This document shows positions 29,420 to 45,143 of a stretch of 64,000 nt of DNA, piece by piece. The stretch's first letter is position 1. The number at the start of each line of letters is the position of its first letter. Both the position numbers and the translations under genes were made by a program. Source of the DNA: the human T2T-CHM13v2.0 reference genome, Homo sapiens; assembly GCF_009914755.1 (NCBI RefSeq), contig NC_060947.1. The stretch is one strand, 5' to 3'. Below the pieces are notes generated by a model. That model had not been told where the DNA came from. It saw only the letters and a program-made list of their open reading frames with translations, and did no database searches.

Positions 29420-30020
29420 TTTCTTTCTTTATTTCTTTCTTCTTGAAATGGGATCTTGCTTTGTCACCCAGGCTGGAGTGCAGTGGTGCAATCATAGCTC
29501 ACTGTAACCTCGAACTCCTGGGCTCAAGCAATCCTCCCAACTCAGCCTCCTGGATGGCTGAGACCTGGTGTATTAGTCCATTCTCATCCTTCCAATAAAG
29601 ACACACCTGAGACTGCGTAATTTATAAAGGAAAGAGGTTTAATTGACTCACAGTTATGCAGGGCTGGGGAGGCATCAGGAAACTTACCATCATGGCAGAA
29701 GGGGTAGCAAATATGTCCTTCTTCACATGGCGGCAGCAAGAAGTGCTGAACAAAAGGGGGAAAAGCCCCTTATAAAACCATCAGATCTCATGAGAATTCG
29801 TGCACTATTATGAGAACAGCAGCATGGAGGTAACCACCCCTATGATTTAATTACCTCTGAGTGGTTCCCTCCCACAACCTGTGGGGATTACGGGAACTAC
29901 AATTCAAGACGAGATTTGGATGGGGGCACAGCCAAACCATATCTCCTGGCCTCAAGTGATCCTCCTGCCTCAGCCTTCCAAAGTCCTGGGATTACAGGCA
30001 TAAGCTACCACACCCGGCCC
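29420..30020 (-). mobile_element. AluJ, internally deleted and split by THE1
   Basis: Right arm 29420-29563 and 5' end 29945-30020. Confidence 0.85.
29569..29944 (-). mobile_element. THE1 solo LTR
   Basis: tgtattagtcc...gccaaaccatatct; TSD cctgg on both sides. Confidence 0.92.
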
Positions 30021-32296
30021 ACTCTTCTAAAAATAAAAATCTCTCTAGCAGTGGTGAAAGGAAGTATGTTTATAATAACATTTGTTTATCTTTTAGAGAA
30101 ATTAATTAGACTATATAAAATAAATTTTGGCAACTATTAGCTTAACTTTCTTTAAAATACAAAGTCTGATTTTCTTTATAGTGATTTGATTATAGCATAT
30201 TTGATAATTAAAAGTATCTAAGCAATTACTTGGAAGTTTCTTTAGATACTGTGAAGTAATAAATAACTTTTTTCTGAATTTTGGATTCTCTAAATTTAAA
30301 TTCTAATTAGCTGTACAGTTAGTGTTGCTGTATTTGACTTTCCAAAAATAAAAACAAGATAAAAGCAAGGGCATTATTTGCAAATATATATTGAACATTG
30401 ATAGTATCCCTATGTTTCCATTTTCACTTGATTTTTACAACAACCTTTTGGATTTGTGTGAATTGCAGTCTACATTTGACATGTAGAAACTGAGATTTAG
30501 GCAAGATGTGTTTTTTGCTTGATGTCTATTAGTAACTGGTTGGGCTGGATTGTGAAAACCCAGAATTGAATTGCTAGAATATTTAGTTGATTCAGGACTC
30601 TCTCTTTCTCTTTCTCTCTCTCTCTCAAAAATGCAACATTACCTGGATAACATAATATTATGCCCCAGCAAAATAGAGGATATCACATCAAATTTGAAAA
30701 CACATTAAAAGCTGCTTAAATATGTATTTCAAATTAGTTTTGCAGAAAAATAATCATGAGTGGGCTTTGCTACGAAAATATCCATAACTGATCTAACTAC
30801 TAGGAACTGAATATGTCTATTCTTACATTTGAAGAAAAATCGTTTTCACACCTGTGAAACATTGACTATGGCTCAGACTATGGACGACTAATTGCCTCGC
30901 TACTGTGCTGTCATTACAAGAAAACCATCAAGCAATGTATTCGGAACATTCATTACTCACTTCAGCAGCTCACTGTTTATCTACAGAAATATCTGCTGGA
31001 GCTGAAGGATTCTGTGTAGCGAGAATAATGTGTTGCCAAGTCTTTCCGGAGAGACAGTCAACTCAGGATTCAATATCTCATCTCTGTTAAATATGTCCCT
31101 TCCTTCATTTCATGGTCATTTTCTCAGGTTAGGTATCTGTAATCTCTGCCAAAAACTATTGCAACAGCTTCTCAGCCAGTTTCCCAATCTATACTTTTAA
31201 CTTATTTTCCGAATCATTAGTCTTCATGAAACTCGGAGACCTTCCTAAAATTCAGATAGAATCATGTTACCATAAAATGCTGGCTTCCTTCAATATCCTA
31301 TTATTCAATGATTACAGATAACAACAATCTTCTAGCCTATAGCAAGACACTCCTTCATCCACCACAACCTCATCTCTCCCTGTCTCCACCACACACACGC
31401 ACACACACACACACACCCTCTCTCTCTCTCACTTAAAATACAAAGAAGCTTCAGAATTTGTGCATTGTAATTAATATCAGGGAATATTTTCTTCAACTTC
31501 TATAGCTGATAATCTTTTCTGGGGCTTTCAAAGCCTCTGCATAACAGTTTAATTATTTTAATGTATATTCCCTGGCGATTTTGGGTTCTTAATGTCTGAG
31601 TAATTAAGCAGATGAAAGGGTTATACTACTCAGCATGGTATTTGGTACCATTTTTCATAGGGAAATGTGTTTTTTCTACACAAGAGGGAACAAAAAGCAG
31701 TTAGTTTTTAGTGTAGGGACTCAATGGGGTGCCACTTATATTTCAGTAAACCAATAGTCTTTGCCAATGGGAAAATGGGTTAGTCCAACAAAATCAAGAC
31801 CATCAGTGAGTCAGACCCCAAACAGGTAAAGTTTGGAAGAACTCATTAGAAAAGACTCACCCTGTTCAACTCAGTTGCTGGAAAAAAAAAGCAAAGAGAA
31901 CATGGAATGAGTTGTTAAACAACTATTAATACCATACTGCTGCAATATGCTATAATACCTACTTTTGTATTGCTTATTATTAGTACAATAATGCTTTGGG
32001 GCTTATTAATAGGTACAGAAGCAGAGAAAAATAGCAGCGAGGCAGCCTTGTGGATGTGGCTCTCTGGCTTCTTGTTACAAAGACTATCGTTTGATTCAGG
32101 ACCAGTTGATGCCCTTCCAAATGTATCCCAGCACGTTTGCAGAGGTGGCTGCTTGATGCATGGTGGCCTAAGAGATTCTTCCACCGAAGCCAGAGATGCT
32201 TCTCTTTCTTTCTCCTTCATTCTGTGTTAAACTATTCTTACTTACTGCTGGCTTGCACAGCCTTTCCCAGATTTCTCCAGACTTCTTTCACAACTA

Positions 32297-32590
<294 letters not shown>

Positions 32591-32734
32591 TATGAGAGAT
32601 TGAAGATAATTTCCTGGGCAGCAGTAATACATTGCTTTTACAAGTCAAACAATAAAAAAAAATAAAGAAGGCTTATAATATGAAATTATCAAATGATCAA
32701 GGTAATTTTATTGACAATAAGAGTTAGGATCAAA

Positions 32735-32950
32735 GCCTGGGCAAGATAGCAAGACCCTGTCTATACAAAAAAAGTTTTAATTAGCTGGATGTGTGTGTGT
32801 GCCTGTGGTCCCAGCTACTCAGGATGCTGAGATGAGAGGATCACTTAAGCCCAGGAGTTTGAGGCTGCACTGAGCTATGATAACACCACTGTACTCCAGC
32901 CTGAGCAACAGAGCAAGACCCTGTCTCTAAAATAAATAAATAAAATAAAA
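32735..32950 (+). mobile_element. 5'-truncated AluJ
   Basis: TSD ttaggatcaaa at 32724-32734 and 32963-32973. Confidence 0.88.
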
Positions 32951-34430
32951 TTTTAAAAAGCATTAGGATCAAAAGATATGCTCCAGAGGACAAACACTTA
33001 GTTTAATTAAACAGATGTCAAAGACCAAGTACTAAAATAGAGAAAGAATCAGCAGAGCTAAGAGAAAATACGAATACATGGGTGACATTTTTTCTTGGTT
33101 CTTGTAATAACTATAATGGGAAAAAACAAATAAACAGAAGTTACTTTGCACAATCACATTTGTACATTGCGATTTGTGTTTAGCTTGGAGATTAAATGTC
33201 AAAACCCAACCCTTACTTTACATTTAAAGTCCACTAGTGCCAACCAGAATGAATTTCTTGATAATATAAAATTCTTGACAATGCATAATTCCTTATAAGT
33301 AAGTATTGGCAAGGTAGACCATACAATGCCACATCCTACAGAACCAACCAAGAATTCATAGCTTCTTCCTGCTCAGAAGTAAGCTCTTAGCTGTTCATGA
33401 AAAGTAAAGGAAGACTCAATTGTCATGGTGGATAATCAACTTCGATCTCTCCAAGTGTCTAACCTGTGTTGTAGATAAATTTACAGCCTTCGGGAAACTG
33501 GAATGTGGTTGACTCAGCCATCAGCCTTGTGGCTCTTAATAATTCAGAGATCAAACTTTTATTTTCATCATTGAATTGGAGAAGACCAATAAGAATTTTT
33601 CTCTGTCCTGTTGAAGACACTAATAAGTAGACACAGTTCATTTCATAAATGCTTAGGAAGGCCAGAACTGACCACCAAGTGATTCTAGGGAATTGCAGCA
33701 TGCAAAATATGCAAAAATAGCAAAAGGCAAAGAAACAAAAATCCTGTCCGTCCGTAGTTCCAAACTCTTTTCTCTAGTTTCACAGCCATTTTAATTTTTC
33801 ATAAACTGTCTTCGCTTGATGTACAATTCCTATGCATATAATAGGCATTGTGGATATTATTTCTCAGTAGACTAACATCTAAGAACCTAAGTTTGACTAC
33901 CAGCATGTCATTATATGACTGGGGTAGATTGTGCCCTTTCCTGGAACATGGTTTTCATCATATATTTTAATTCTATGATGAGCTACAGAGCTCATCAAAT
34001 GGGATGAAAAATTTGCTATATATTCCAGTGTAGTGAAGGTTATTATCATCAAGTAGTAATTTTAAATTAATGTAGTAATTTTCCATTGCCTTTAAATTAA
34101 TTTTTCTTTAGAGGTTATTGGGTGCTAAAATTTCAGCTAATCCTTCTGAATGGTTGTGTTCAATCTAAAATATTTTTTGAACTACTTAATATATTGTTAA
34201 TAGTAGCTTACTATATACCAGGCATCCTTGCAATGACTTACCAAGTATTAATTTATTAAATTCTCACACTCATTCCATACAGTAGGTATTTATTTTTGTC
34301 TTTATTTCACATATATAAGAATCAGATTCATATATGATAATGAATTTCTCCCAAATCTCAGTATGATTAATATGGCTCAGACAGGGATATAAATGAAGCA
34401 GTTATTTGTAGTTTTTAGGTGAGTCGTAAT

Positions 34431-34705
34431 TATACCTGATATGTATATATATACATATATGCATGTATGTATATATATACACATACATACGTATCCATAC
34501 ATGTGTGTATCAGGTATATAATTTTATATACACGTATAGAATTTATATACAGAATTTTTTATATATTTTTAGAATCATTTTACATATAATTATATATGTA
34601 GAATTCTATATATAATCTATATATAAAACTGGGTATATATACACATAGATACACACACTATATACATATACACACATATATACACATACACTGTATATAT
34701 ATGCA
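34431..34705. repeat. (TA)/(CA)-rich simple repeat
   Basis: Direct reading. Confidence 0.85.
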
Positions 34706-34711
34706 TATTAT

Positions 34712-35104
34712 TGTTAAAAGAAAAACCTTAGGCATATTAAATTTAACAGTTTAATTCAGCAAATAATGATTTATGAATCAGGCAGCCCCTGAACCACAGG
34801 GGCACAGAGAGTCTCTGGCATAGCCAGATAGTCAAGATTTATGGACAGAAAAAGGAGAATGAGGTACAGAACACAGAAGTGAGGTACAGGAATAGCCAGA
34901 TTGGTTATAGCAGGGTGTCTACCTTATTTGAATACGATTTAAGCAGTTGGCTCCCTTTGATTGTCCAACTTGGGGATTGGCACAAAAAGAAGTTGCAGTC
35001 TGTTTATATGTCCACTTAGGTTCCAGTTCACTATGTAGAGAGAAACCTTTGGGATGAACTTAAAATATGTCAGGAGGTTGTTTTAGGCTAAACTAAATTT
35101 AACC
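34712..35104 (-). mobile_element. MER57-like ERV1 solo LTR
   Basis: tgttaaaagaaaaac...aacttaaaatatgt.aggagg..tttaggctaaact.aatttaac. Confidence 0.8.
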
Positions 35105-36243
35105 AATATGTGTACTACTTACTAATATTTCATTTTGTCTTCATTAGAAATCAATTTCAAATTGACTTATTATTAAAATATATTATATTAACGTGTCAAA
35201 TCCTAAGGCAGAACGATCGCTGGAGCCCAGGAGGTCAAGGTTTCAGTGAACTGTGATCACACCACTGCATTCCAGCCAGGGCAGCAGAGCAAGACCTCAG
35301 CTGTAAAAAATGTAGCAACTAACAAAGTGTTTGATCCTTTTCTTGGTTTGAAATTGCATGTAAGTATGAGGAGGTCCAAACTCTTTAATCATTTATCTTT
35401 AGTTAACAGAGTAACTCAATTCCTTGTGTTACTAGAGTTAAAATAAGTATTTTTGGTGCCATTTTTCTTGGTTCTGGATTGAAAATGATTGAGACAATGT
35501 CGTGTTCAATAGAAACCAAATGTGTAAAGTGAAAAATCATTAGTGTGTTTGCTGTGTCCACCTAATTCATGATCTGTGTAGGAGTGATTTTTTTCTACCA
35601 AAGGAAAAAAAAAAAAAAACCCAAAAAACAAAAACCGGAATTCATGGTGTTTCTTTAACTTATTCATGGGGCCAGCAGGAAGTAGGATGACACCAACTGC
35701 CAAAAGTTTCGTTAAAACTTTCACAGGCTATATTTGCTCTCAAATAAAATATTGTGCCTTTGTCATATTTCATCAAAAGTAAATATTTTTACAAGAACAG
35801 GTTTCTATCATGACATGCAAGCTTAGAAAAACAATACCTATCACCCATATGTCCATTTTCATTCCAATTCCATGTAAGTAAACCTCATCTTAGGTCAGTT
35901 CCTGCTTAAACATTTTTAGGAATCCACAGAGTGCAAAGAATGAAATTGCATGTGGTTCCTGTGTTTGAAACATACTGACTCCAAGCTATGATACTGACAT
36001 CACTCTGTACTAGTCGCCCACATTTCTGCCCGTGAATTCATTATCCATGTTCAATATTTAATCTAAAGATTTTCCTCTTATAAAGTTTTTGCCCGTTGGT
36101 AATGTGTTTTCATCCTTTGTATTAGTAATGTATTAGCAAAGTGTTATTTATCTTTCTTCTAATATTTAATTGTGTATATATAATATATTATCTATATACA
36201 CATAAATTAATATATTTCTGAAAGAAATGTATTTTTTTTTTTT

Positions 36244-36986
<743 letters not shown>

Positions 36987-37814
36987 TTGAAATTTTAAAA
37001 AACGTATGTATTTGTTCTATACTCTTCCCTAGGTAGACTATATATTCCTTGAGGCAAATAATGGTTTCACAGAGTTGTTTGCTTAATAAGTTATTTCTTA
37101 TTGAGACTAAATATTTCAAAGCACTCTTTTTGACCAAAAAATTTTTGAAGATTTGAAGGCATAAATCAGAATGGAATAGCTTTATCTCCTCCTGCATCAC
37201 CATCTATAATCTTTGCTACCGTAGCCTCAGTAATTTCTCTGGGAGTCCTGCTTTGATTGTCCTTTTCTGAACCTATGGCCATTGTCTGAACATCATTCCT
37301 TCCATGAGCATGTACTTCTTAAAATGGAAATCCATAATAACATTCTGAAATTCAGCATTATGCATAGATTTCATTAGACTTTGCTCTACATCAAATCCAA
37401 ACTACTTTAAAAACAAATCCAGAAGTACATTTTCATATCCATGTGCTCTTTTATTCCCTGAATGTATTTTGTTGGTACAGTCTATGGAAAAATGTGTAAC
37501 TTGCATTTTTCATATACGTAGGCTGTCAGTTAGGTTCCCTGCATGCAATCAAAATACAATTAAGGCTGCCTAGCAATAGAGTGAAATGGGACACATAAAA
37601 AGTCCCGAAAAACACCACAACCTACCGAGTAACAGCAAAACTTGGCTAACTTAGATATAATGAGTGAAAGTCAGATTTATGTGTTAATTTTATATAATCC
37701 CCTTTATTTGGACTGCAAGGATGTTTCTTATCAAAATAGTGAGTGTGATTCATTTGTTGTAATTCTTTTTTTTTTTGACAAAGTCGTTCCGCCAGCTATT
37801 TAAGATTTTGTTAA

Positions 37815-37945
37815 AATTGACACAATTGTAACAACTGTGTCAATTATAACAATTTCATCAAGTGTGTCAATTATAACAATTGCATCAATTGTAACAATTG
37901 TGTCAATTATAACAATTGCATCAATTGTAACAACTGTATCTATTG
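37815..37945. repeat. 9-bp-period CAATT-core minisatellite with a 36-bp higher-order unit
   Basis: caattgtaa/caattgtgt/caattataa/caattgcat units. Confidence 0.9.
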
Positions 37946-38987
37946 ATACTGATACAGACTCCATCCAGTTACAATATATACCTCTTCCAGGATTAATATA
38001 CTGTCAACTTGAGAAAGGCCCTTGAAAATAATCTTTAAAGATAAAATTATTTAAACAGCTCAGTATCACTGCCATTTGTAACTGTAGGGTGTCTAAGGTT
38101 GATTTGATTCGTCAAACTGCAACAATTTCGACTTACAACCTTTAGAACTATGTTCATGACCTGTGTTCATGGTAAACTTTGCATAACCATGCTCCCTCTT
38201 CATTGTAGCTAATAAACACTATATAATTCATTCAACACAAAGTACATTTAAATCGCAAATACTTTGAATAATTTGTCCTCTCCTCCTCTTTGGAGAGTGT
38301 TCTTTCATCAGTTCATCACAACGTGGAAATGTCCACCTCAGAAATGTCTAGAAGTCCTGCTTACCTTTTAACAGTATTAAAATTACTCTTCCATAACTTA
38401 AATTCAATTTTCTCCCCCATGCTCAGCAGGCTTTTACTACTGTTGTTCATATCCTTGCTTTCATCCTTCCCATATACAAATTTTTAACTCATAAATTACT
38501 GCGGCTGTCCCTAATATTAGAAAAACATTATTTCCAGCTACACTCTGCATTGTGTGAATATACAAAACTTAATGTCCTTTCTACAACCATCAAAATGCAT
38601 ATAAAAATTCATGAAACATAGAAGAGTTATATTATGTTTTTAACTAGAATAAACATACTCATGAGCTCTTCCTACAAAAAATTATCTCTTTATTTTCTCA
38701 TCATTCCTTTCATAATGATTAATCCTCCTCAAAGTATTTCTGTTTGACACTTCTAATCTTTGTGTTAAATGATAGCAGAGGTAAATATTCTAGTTGTAAT
38801 TTAAAATGACGACTCTGAATATAAATGGAAATATTTAGAAGTGAACATATGACTTGATTTCAAATGCTTTCAGTTGGTATTCTAAAAGAAAAGGGTGATG
38901 TTTTCCTTATGGGAGATTCAAATAAAATTTAGAGGAATAGAATATTTTCAGAAAATCCATTGTAAATTCTTCTAAAGAAATCAGCAG

Positions 38988-39339
<352 letters not shown>

Positions 39340-39882
39340 TCAATTGTTTTTGGTAACAAAATTAGAATCTTTTAGAAAAGGTTGCGTCAGTGTGAGGTGA
39401 AAGGGACCCGAATGATGCATAATGCCTCCGTCCCTCAAAAACCCTTTTTTTTTTTTGCAGGGGGTGGTGGTCAGGATAAGAGGTTTGTGGAAGTAAAGGT
39501 AAAGTTTTACAATTGGAAGCTTTCTTTCTAAATTCAGAGTTGTTTTCTCATGGAGTTTCTCAAGAACTTCTCTCTGACCTGTCTCAAGTTGTGACTGAAG
39601 TAGATACACAAGCAGAAATACCCACTAGATAGTTCTTTCTTTGCATGGTTTCATCTTGGTGTAATTCTAGCTTCAACCAGCTCGACATGCCCCTGGGAAT
39701 ATTAATGCAGCATTCTTTCATTTTTAAGTAAACTTGCTTTATTGAATTATAATATGCAAACTGAGAAGTGCACAAATCACACAGATAGAGCTCAGAGAAC
39801 TGCCACCAAATCAGGACGCTGGAAAAGCACTAGGCAAATCCAGACATAGAATGATGAAAATCTTCACTGTGTTCTTTTGTAG

Positions 39883-40200
<318 letters not shown>

Positions 40201-40484
40201 GCCTAAGTCTTTTATTCAACCTCATGTTTACCAAATTCATCATTCTGTTTCGCATGGCACTGGCTCATTCATTTTTCTTGCTATGTAGCCTTCCCAAAAT
40301 CTCTTTATGGATCCTTTGTTGATGGTTACCTTGATTGTTTCCATTTTAGGATTATTAAGGAAATACTATCATGAAATGTATTGTACGTATGTCAGTAGGT
40401 TTACTGTGTGCAACATTTTCTTGGGCACATGTCTTGCAGTGAAAATTCCAGGTGCTGGGGAATTTACTCATTCAGCTTTAAGGT

Positions 40485-40796
40485 ATTTTTGGTTTTGTTT
40501 TTGCTTTTGCTTTTTTAGGCAGGGTCTTGCTCTGTCACGCAGGCTAGAGTGCAGTGGCGTGATCATAGCTCACTGCAGCCTGGAACCCCTGGGCTCAAGT
40601 GATCCTCCCAACTCAGCCTCTAAAGTTGTTGGGAACACAGGTGCTTGCCACCATGCATGGCTAATTTTTTTAGTTTTTGTAGAGATGGGGTCTCACTGTG
40701 TTGCCCAGGCTGGCATGGAATTCCTGGCTTCAAGTGATGCTCCCACCTAGGCCTCCCAAAGTGCTGGGATTATAGGCATGAGGTACTATGCCCAGC
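40485..40796 (-). mobile_element. AluJ within an old antisense L1M remnant
   Basis: Reverse dimer; flanks resemble a degraded L1 antisense sequence ('ttttatttgcatttccttgatg'). Confidence 0.85.
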
Positions 40797-41070
40797 CAGC
40801 ATTAAGTTTTATATGGCAATTCAAAAGATACACATTCTGACCGGTTTTGTCAGTTTTGCTTTGTTTGAGCAATTCAGTTGAGTATTTAGTCCGATATCAT
40901 GGTGGTTTATTTGCATTTCCTTGATGTTAGACATTTTTATTGTTTATTGGGATATTAGATATGCTGTTTTAAAAATCTGCTAAATTAGTCACACATTCTC
41001 AATTGGAATCCATTATATGTTTTGGACATAAAACCTAAATCCTTGTAGAATATATTTGTCACATCTATAA

Positions 41071-41072
<2 letters not shown>

Positions 41073-41105
<33 letters not shown>

Positions 41106-41217
41106 GTGAGGCAGCATCCCACTATGTTGCCCAGGCTGGTCTTGAACTCCTGGGCCCAAGTCTCCCACTTCAGCCTCCAGAGTAGCTGGGGTTACAGGTG
41201 CACATGCTGTACCTGGA
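41073..41217 (-). mobile_element. FLAM monomer with long poly-T
   Basis: Single monomer; TSD ataaagttt/ataaacttt. Confidence 0.85.
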
Positions 41218-41699
41218 ATAAACTTTTATTCTTGTCATGGCACCTTTTGCAGAACACAATATTTGCAGTTTAACTAAGTACAATTTACTGATCCCTTGAT
41301 TAAGTAATGATGAAACACATTTGCATCTTCCTTGAAAAATGTTTATTTACCTCAACTCCAAAAAGAAATCCTCCTACTAACACTTTCTAAAAACTTTATT
41401 TTCTGTTCTATAGCTACTTCTATATAATCTATACTTGGAATCATTTGTTTTTGTTTCTGTTGTTTTGTTTTTTGCACATAGCACTAAGTGGGACTACATT
41501 ATTCCCTCCAATTGATCTCCTGCCGAGTATTAAGAACATCCTATCCAAACTACATTTTTCAGAAAGCAAAACCTTATGTAGCTATCTGCCTATTTGTGGC
41601 TTACATGTGCTCCCAATATCAATAGAACATTGTCTATCACCTTCTCAGCTTGCATACTTCAATAAAACAAATGAAAGATACCGTATTGGAGAGACCAAT

Positions 41700-41963
41700 A
41701 GGGTGGCCTCCTGTCAAAAACCAGGTAGAAAAAGAGACCCTCGGTACAACAGCCCTCAATAAATGGAATTCTGCCAATAACTATATGAACCCAGAAGAAA
41801 TGAGCCTTTGTGTGAAATCACAGACCTGAATTAAACTTTGATTGGAGTCTCTAAAGAAACCAGGAAGCAGAGAACCCAGTCAAACTGAGCTCAGATTCCT
41901 CAAGCTGCAGAAGCTGTGAGATGATTTGCTGTTAATTTGGGAAGCTATTAGTTAGGCAGCAAT
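41700..41963 (+). mobile_element. Old MLT1 LTR fragment
   Basis: 'ggaattctgccaataac', 'agcagagaacccagtc..ctcagattcct..agaagctgtgagat..gcagcaata'. Confidence 0.65.
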
Positions 41964-42514
41964 AAAATTTTTAGTGGATGATTTAAAGATTCGACTTCCC
42001 ATCCTTAAATTATCACTGTCTTGAATTAATAGTATCCTCCATCACTCCCAGGCAAAATCCTGGAGTCAATGTGGGATTTACTTGATGTTTTGCTTTGTTT
42101 TGTTTCTCCCTTAAGGATACCAGTCCTGTAACGATTTTGTTAAATACTCAAAACCAGTGTTTCTAAACGTTGTGTCTTACTTTGATTGTTTATAAACAGA
42201 AGGTAATTCTAATATCAGCTACTTTGTCATGGCCTAAACCCAGTGGTCTACTCTTACAGCATTTAAATACAGACACCATTTCATTATAAAAAATATTTGA
42301 TCAAGAACATCCAAAATTTGGCATATTAATCTAATTGCTTACTCTTACAGTCATTTTATACTATTTTAGTCATTTTACATTACTTACTTTAGTTAACTTT
42401 AAAGTAAATCTTTATAACACACATACAAAAGTATAGCTGTTTTTTATATCTACCAGTAACATTCTGTGCTTTTCTTCCGCACATCATGTGTATTTCTCTA
42501 CAAATTTAGATGTA

Positions 42515-42853
42515 TAGTTGGCCTTTCAGCAACACAGATTTTAACTGCATGGATCCACTTATGTACAGATTTGTTTTTCAAAAATGTATTGAAAAATTTT
42601 TCAAAAATCTGCAACAATTTGAAAAAAAAAAACACACAGAAAAAAGCATGTAGCCTAGAAACGTTGATGAAAAAGAAAAAGGGAAAATTTGGTCATGAAT
42701 GCGTAAACCATTCTTAGATTCTAGTCTATTTATGTGATAATCTACTGTTTATGTGTTCTGTGAGGCTTCTAGTTAACAGTAGGCATGTAGTAGTATTTTT
42801 TACTATGCAGGGGTCTGGTTCCCTTAACCCCCATTTTGTTCAAGGGTCTACTG
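42515..42853 (+). mobile_element. Tigger2-derived MITE (Tigger2a/2b-like)
   Basis: TIRs tagttggcctttcagcaaca / tgttcaagggtctactg with TA flanks. Confidence 0.8.
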
Positions 42854-42861
42854 TATATCTT

Positions 42862-43213
42862 GATAGATTAGATAGATAAAGATAGATAGATTATAGATAT
42901 ATCAATGGATAGATGAATGGATAGATAGACAGATTTGATAGGTAGGTACATAGGTAGGTAGGTAGGTAAGTAAATAGATAGATAGATACATGTACACATA
43001 CACAGATACATAGATGCATGATATATAAGTAAATACATATAGATAGATTATAGATATTTCAATATATAGGTGGATAGATGTATAGACATATTTGATACAT
43101 AGGTAGATAGATTAGATATATAGATGGATAGATTATAAATAGATCAATAGATGGATGGATGGATAGCCTCAATAGATAAGTAGATAGAGAGTTAGATAGG
43201 TAGATAGATAGAT

Positions 43214-43260
<47 letters not shown>

Positions 43261-43637
43261 TAGATATCTACACAGGTAGATAGATAGATTAGATATCTAT
43301 ATAGGTAGATAGATAGATTAGATATCTACATAGGTAGATAGATTAGATATATAGATAGATAGATTATAAATAGATCAATAGATGCATATTGGATAGCCTC
43401 AATAGATAGGTAGATAGAGAGTTAGATAGGTAGATAGATGATAGATAGATAGATAGACAGATAGATAGATAAAATAGACTGATTCATTAGATATATAGAT
43501 AGATGAATAGATAGATATGATAGATGGATAGATGGAGTAGATAAAGGAATAGATAGGTGATCGATAGGTAGATAATACATAGATGATAGATGATGATGAT
43601 GATAGATAAATAGCCAGCTAGCTAGATAGATAGATAG
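42862..43637 (+). repeat. Complex (GATA)n array, ~780 bp
   Basis: GATA/GGTA/GATG variants; pure run near 43214-43260. Confidence 0.95.
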
Positions 43638-44319
43638 AAACTATAAGCATAATGATTTTTACATTAATTTTGTGAGTGCCACCCTCACATTAATCCAAAT
43701 TGTTTATCATTATTTTTTTTTGGCTTTCTAGGCAGGCTATTATAGCACTTAAAAATAATAATTTTATTTTACTCCAGTTCAATATCATAACTCTTGTTTC
43801 ATTTCTTAAAATTTTCCACCTAGACTACCCTGCAGGTTTAAATCACACTGATATACTGGTGGCTGTGGGTATTATTGCCTTGTCCTTGATTTTAATGGGA
43901 TTGTTCCTCTTATTTTTATGTTAAGCATGATGCTGGGTATTAGTTTGAGAAAGTACTTTAGAAAGTATTGACTGTGAAATAATTCAATAAATACTTTGAA
44001 AATATATTTTTTCAAGTACTTTGTTTTTTAAAACATTCTAAAATACTTATTTTTAAATCAACATTTTTCCAAAAAATTCTAAACTATGTGAAAACTATTT
44101 TGGCAATCATTTTATGATAGCAATAAAAAGATCCAGGCTTCTTCAGATAATGATATTAATTTGGGAAAAAAAAACTGGGAATGGTTATCATTTAAGTCAT
44201 GAAAAACTTCATTTTCCAAACAGAATATGTACTTCGAGCAGCCAGCAAGCCCCAGGCATTTATTTAACAATTATTTATTAGAACTTGCCAGGTTGTTCCT
44301 ATAGTGTTTTTTTTTCCCC

Positions 44320-45087
44320 CAGTTTTATTGAGGTATAACGCTCCAATAAAAATTGTATGTATGTAATGTGGACAAGGCAATGTTTTGATATACCCATACA
44401 TTGTGAAATGTGAAATGATTACCATGATCAAGGATAATATAACTACTGATACAGGAGTTTAAAAAAATTATTTAGGCAGATAGTGAGGGTAAGGAAGTCC
44501 TCAGTAAGGTTTCCGTTTTAATGAAAAGCAGCCCCCAAATCATTTCTTTTCTAACAAACAACAGCTTGTAAAATTGAGCTGCAGACATAGATAAGCAAGC
44601 TGGAAGCTTGCACGGGTAAATACCGGCAGCTGTGCCAATAGGAAAAGGCTACCTGGGGGCCAGACACATTCAACATGGAGGCTCCATCTTCCCTTTTCCT
44701 TGTTAACCACATGTACAGTAAGGAACAGGCAACAAGGCGCCAGCCAGGGAGAGACCCCATCTGCATAATAAAAGATTAGGGTGGGATGGCAAACGTCACA
44801 CCTGGTCTGACCAATCTCTCGGGCCTTATGAAAATCAGACACTGCCTCCTCCAGCTTGTCTTTAAAGCCCCACTCATTTCACCAAGAAACCGGAAGAACC
44901 ACTCGGGTTTCCCTCTCTCTCTGCAGGAGAGAGTACTATTCTCTTTTATCTTTCTTTCACCTATTAAACATCCACTCCCAAACTCACTTCTTGTGTGTCT
45001 GAGTCCTCGATTTCCCTGGCGTGAGACAACGAACCTTGGGTATTTCCCCAGATAAACGATGCCGCATCACTACCACCTCACAGAATT

Positions 45088-45143
<56 letters not shown>

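Noticed and set aside
37837-38025. ORF with SIITIA periodic repeats
   Set aside because: A by-product of the 9-bp repeat, with a non-ATG start and no splice or promoter context
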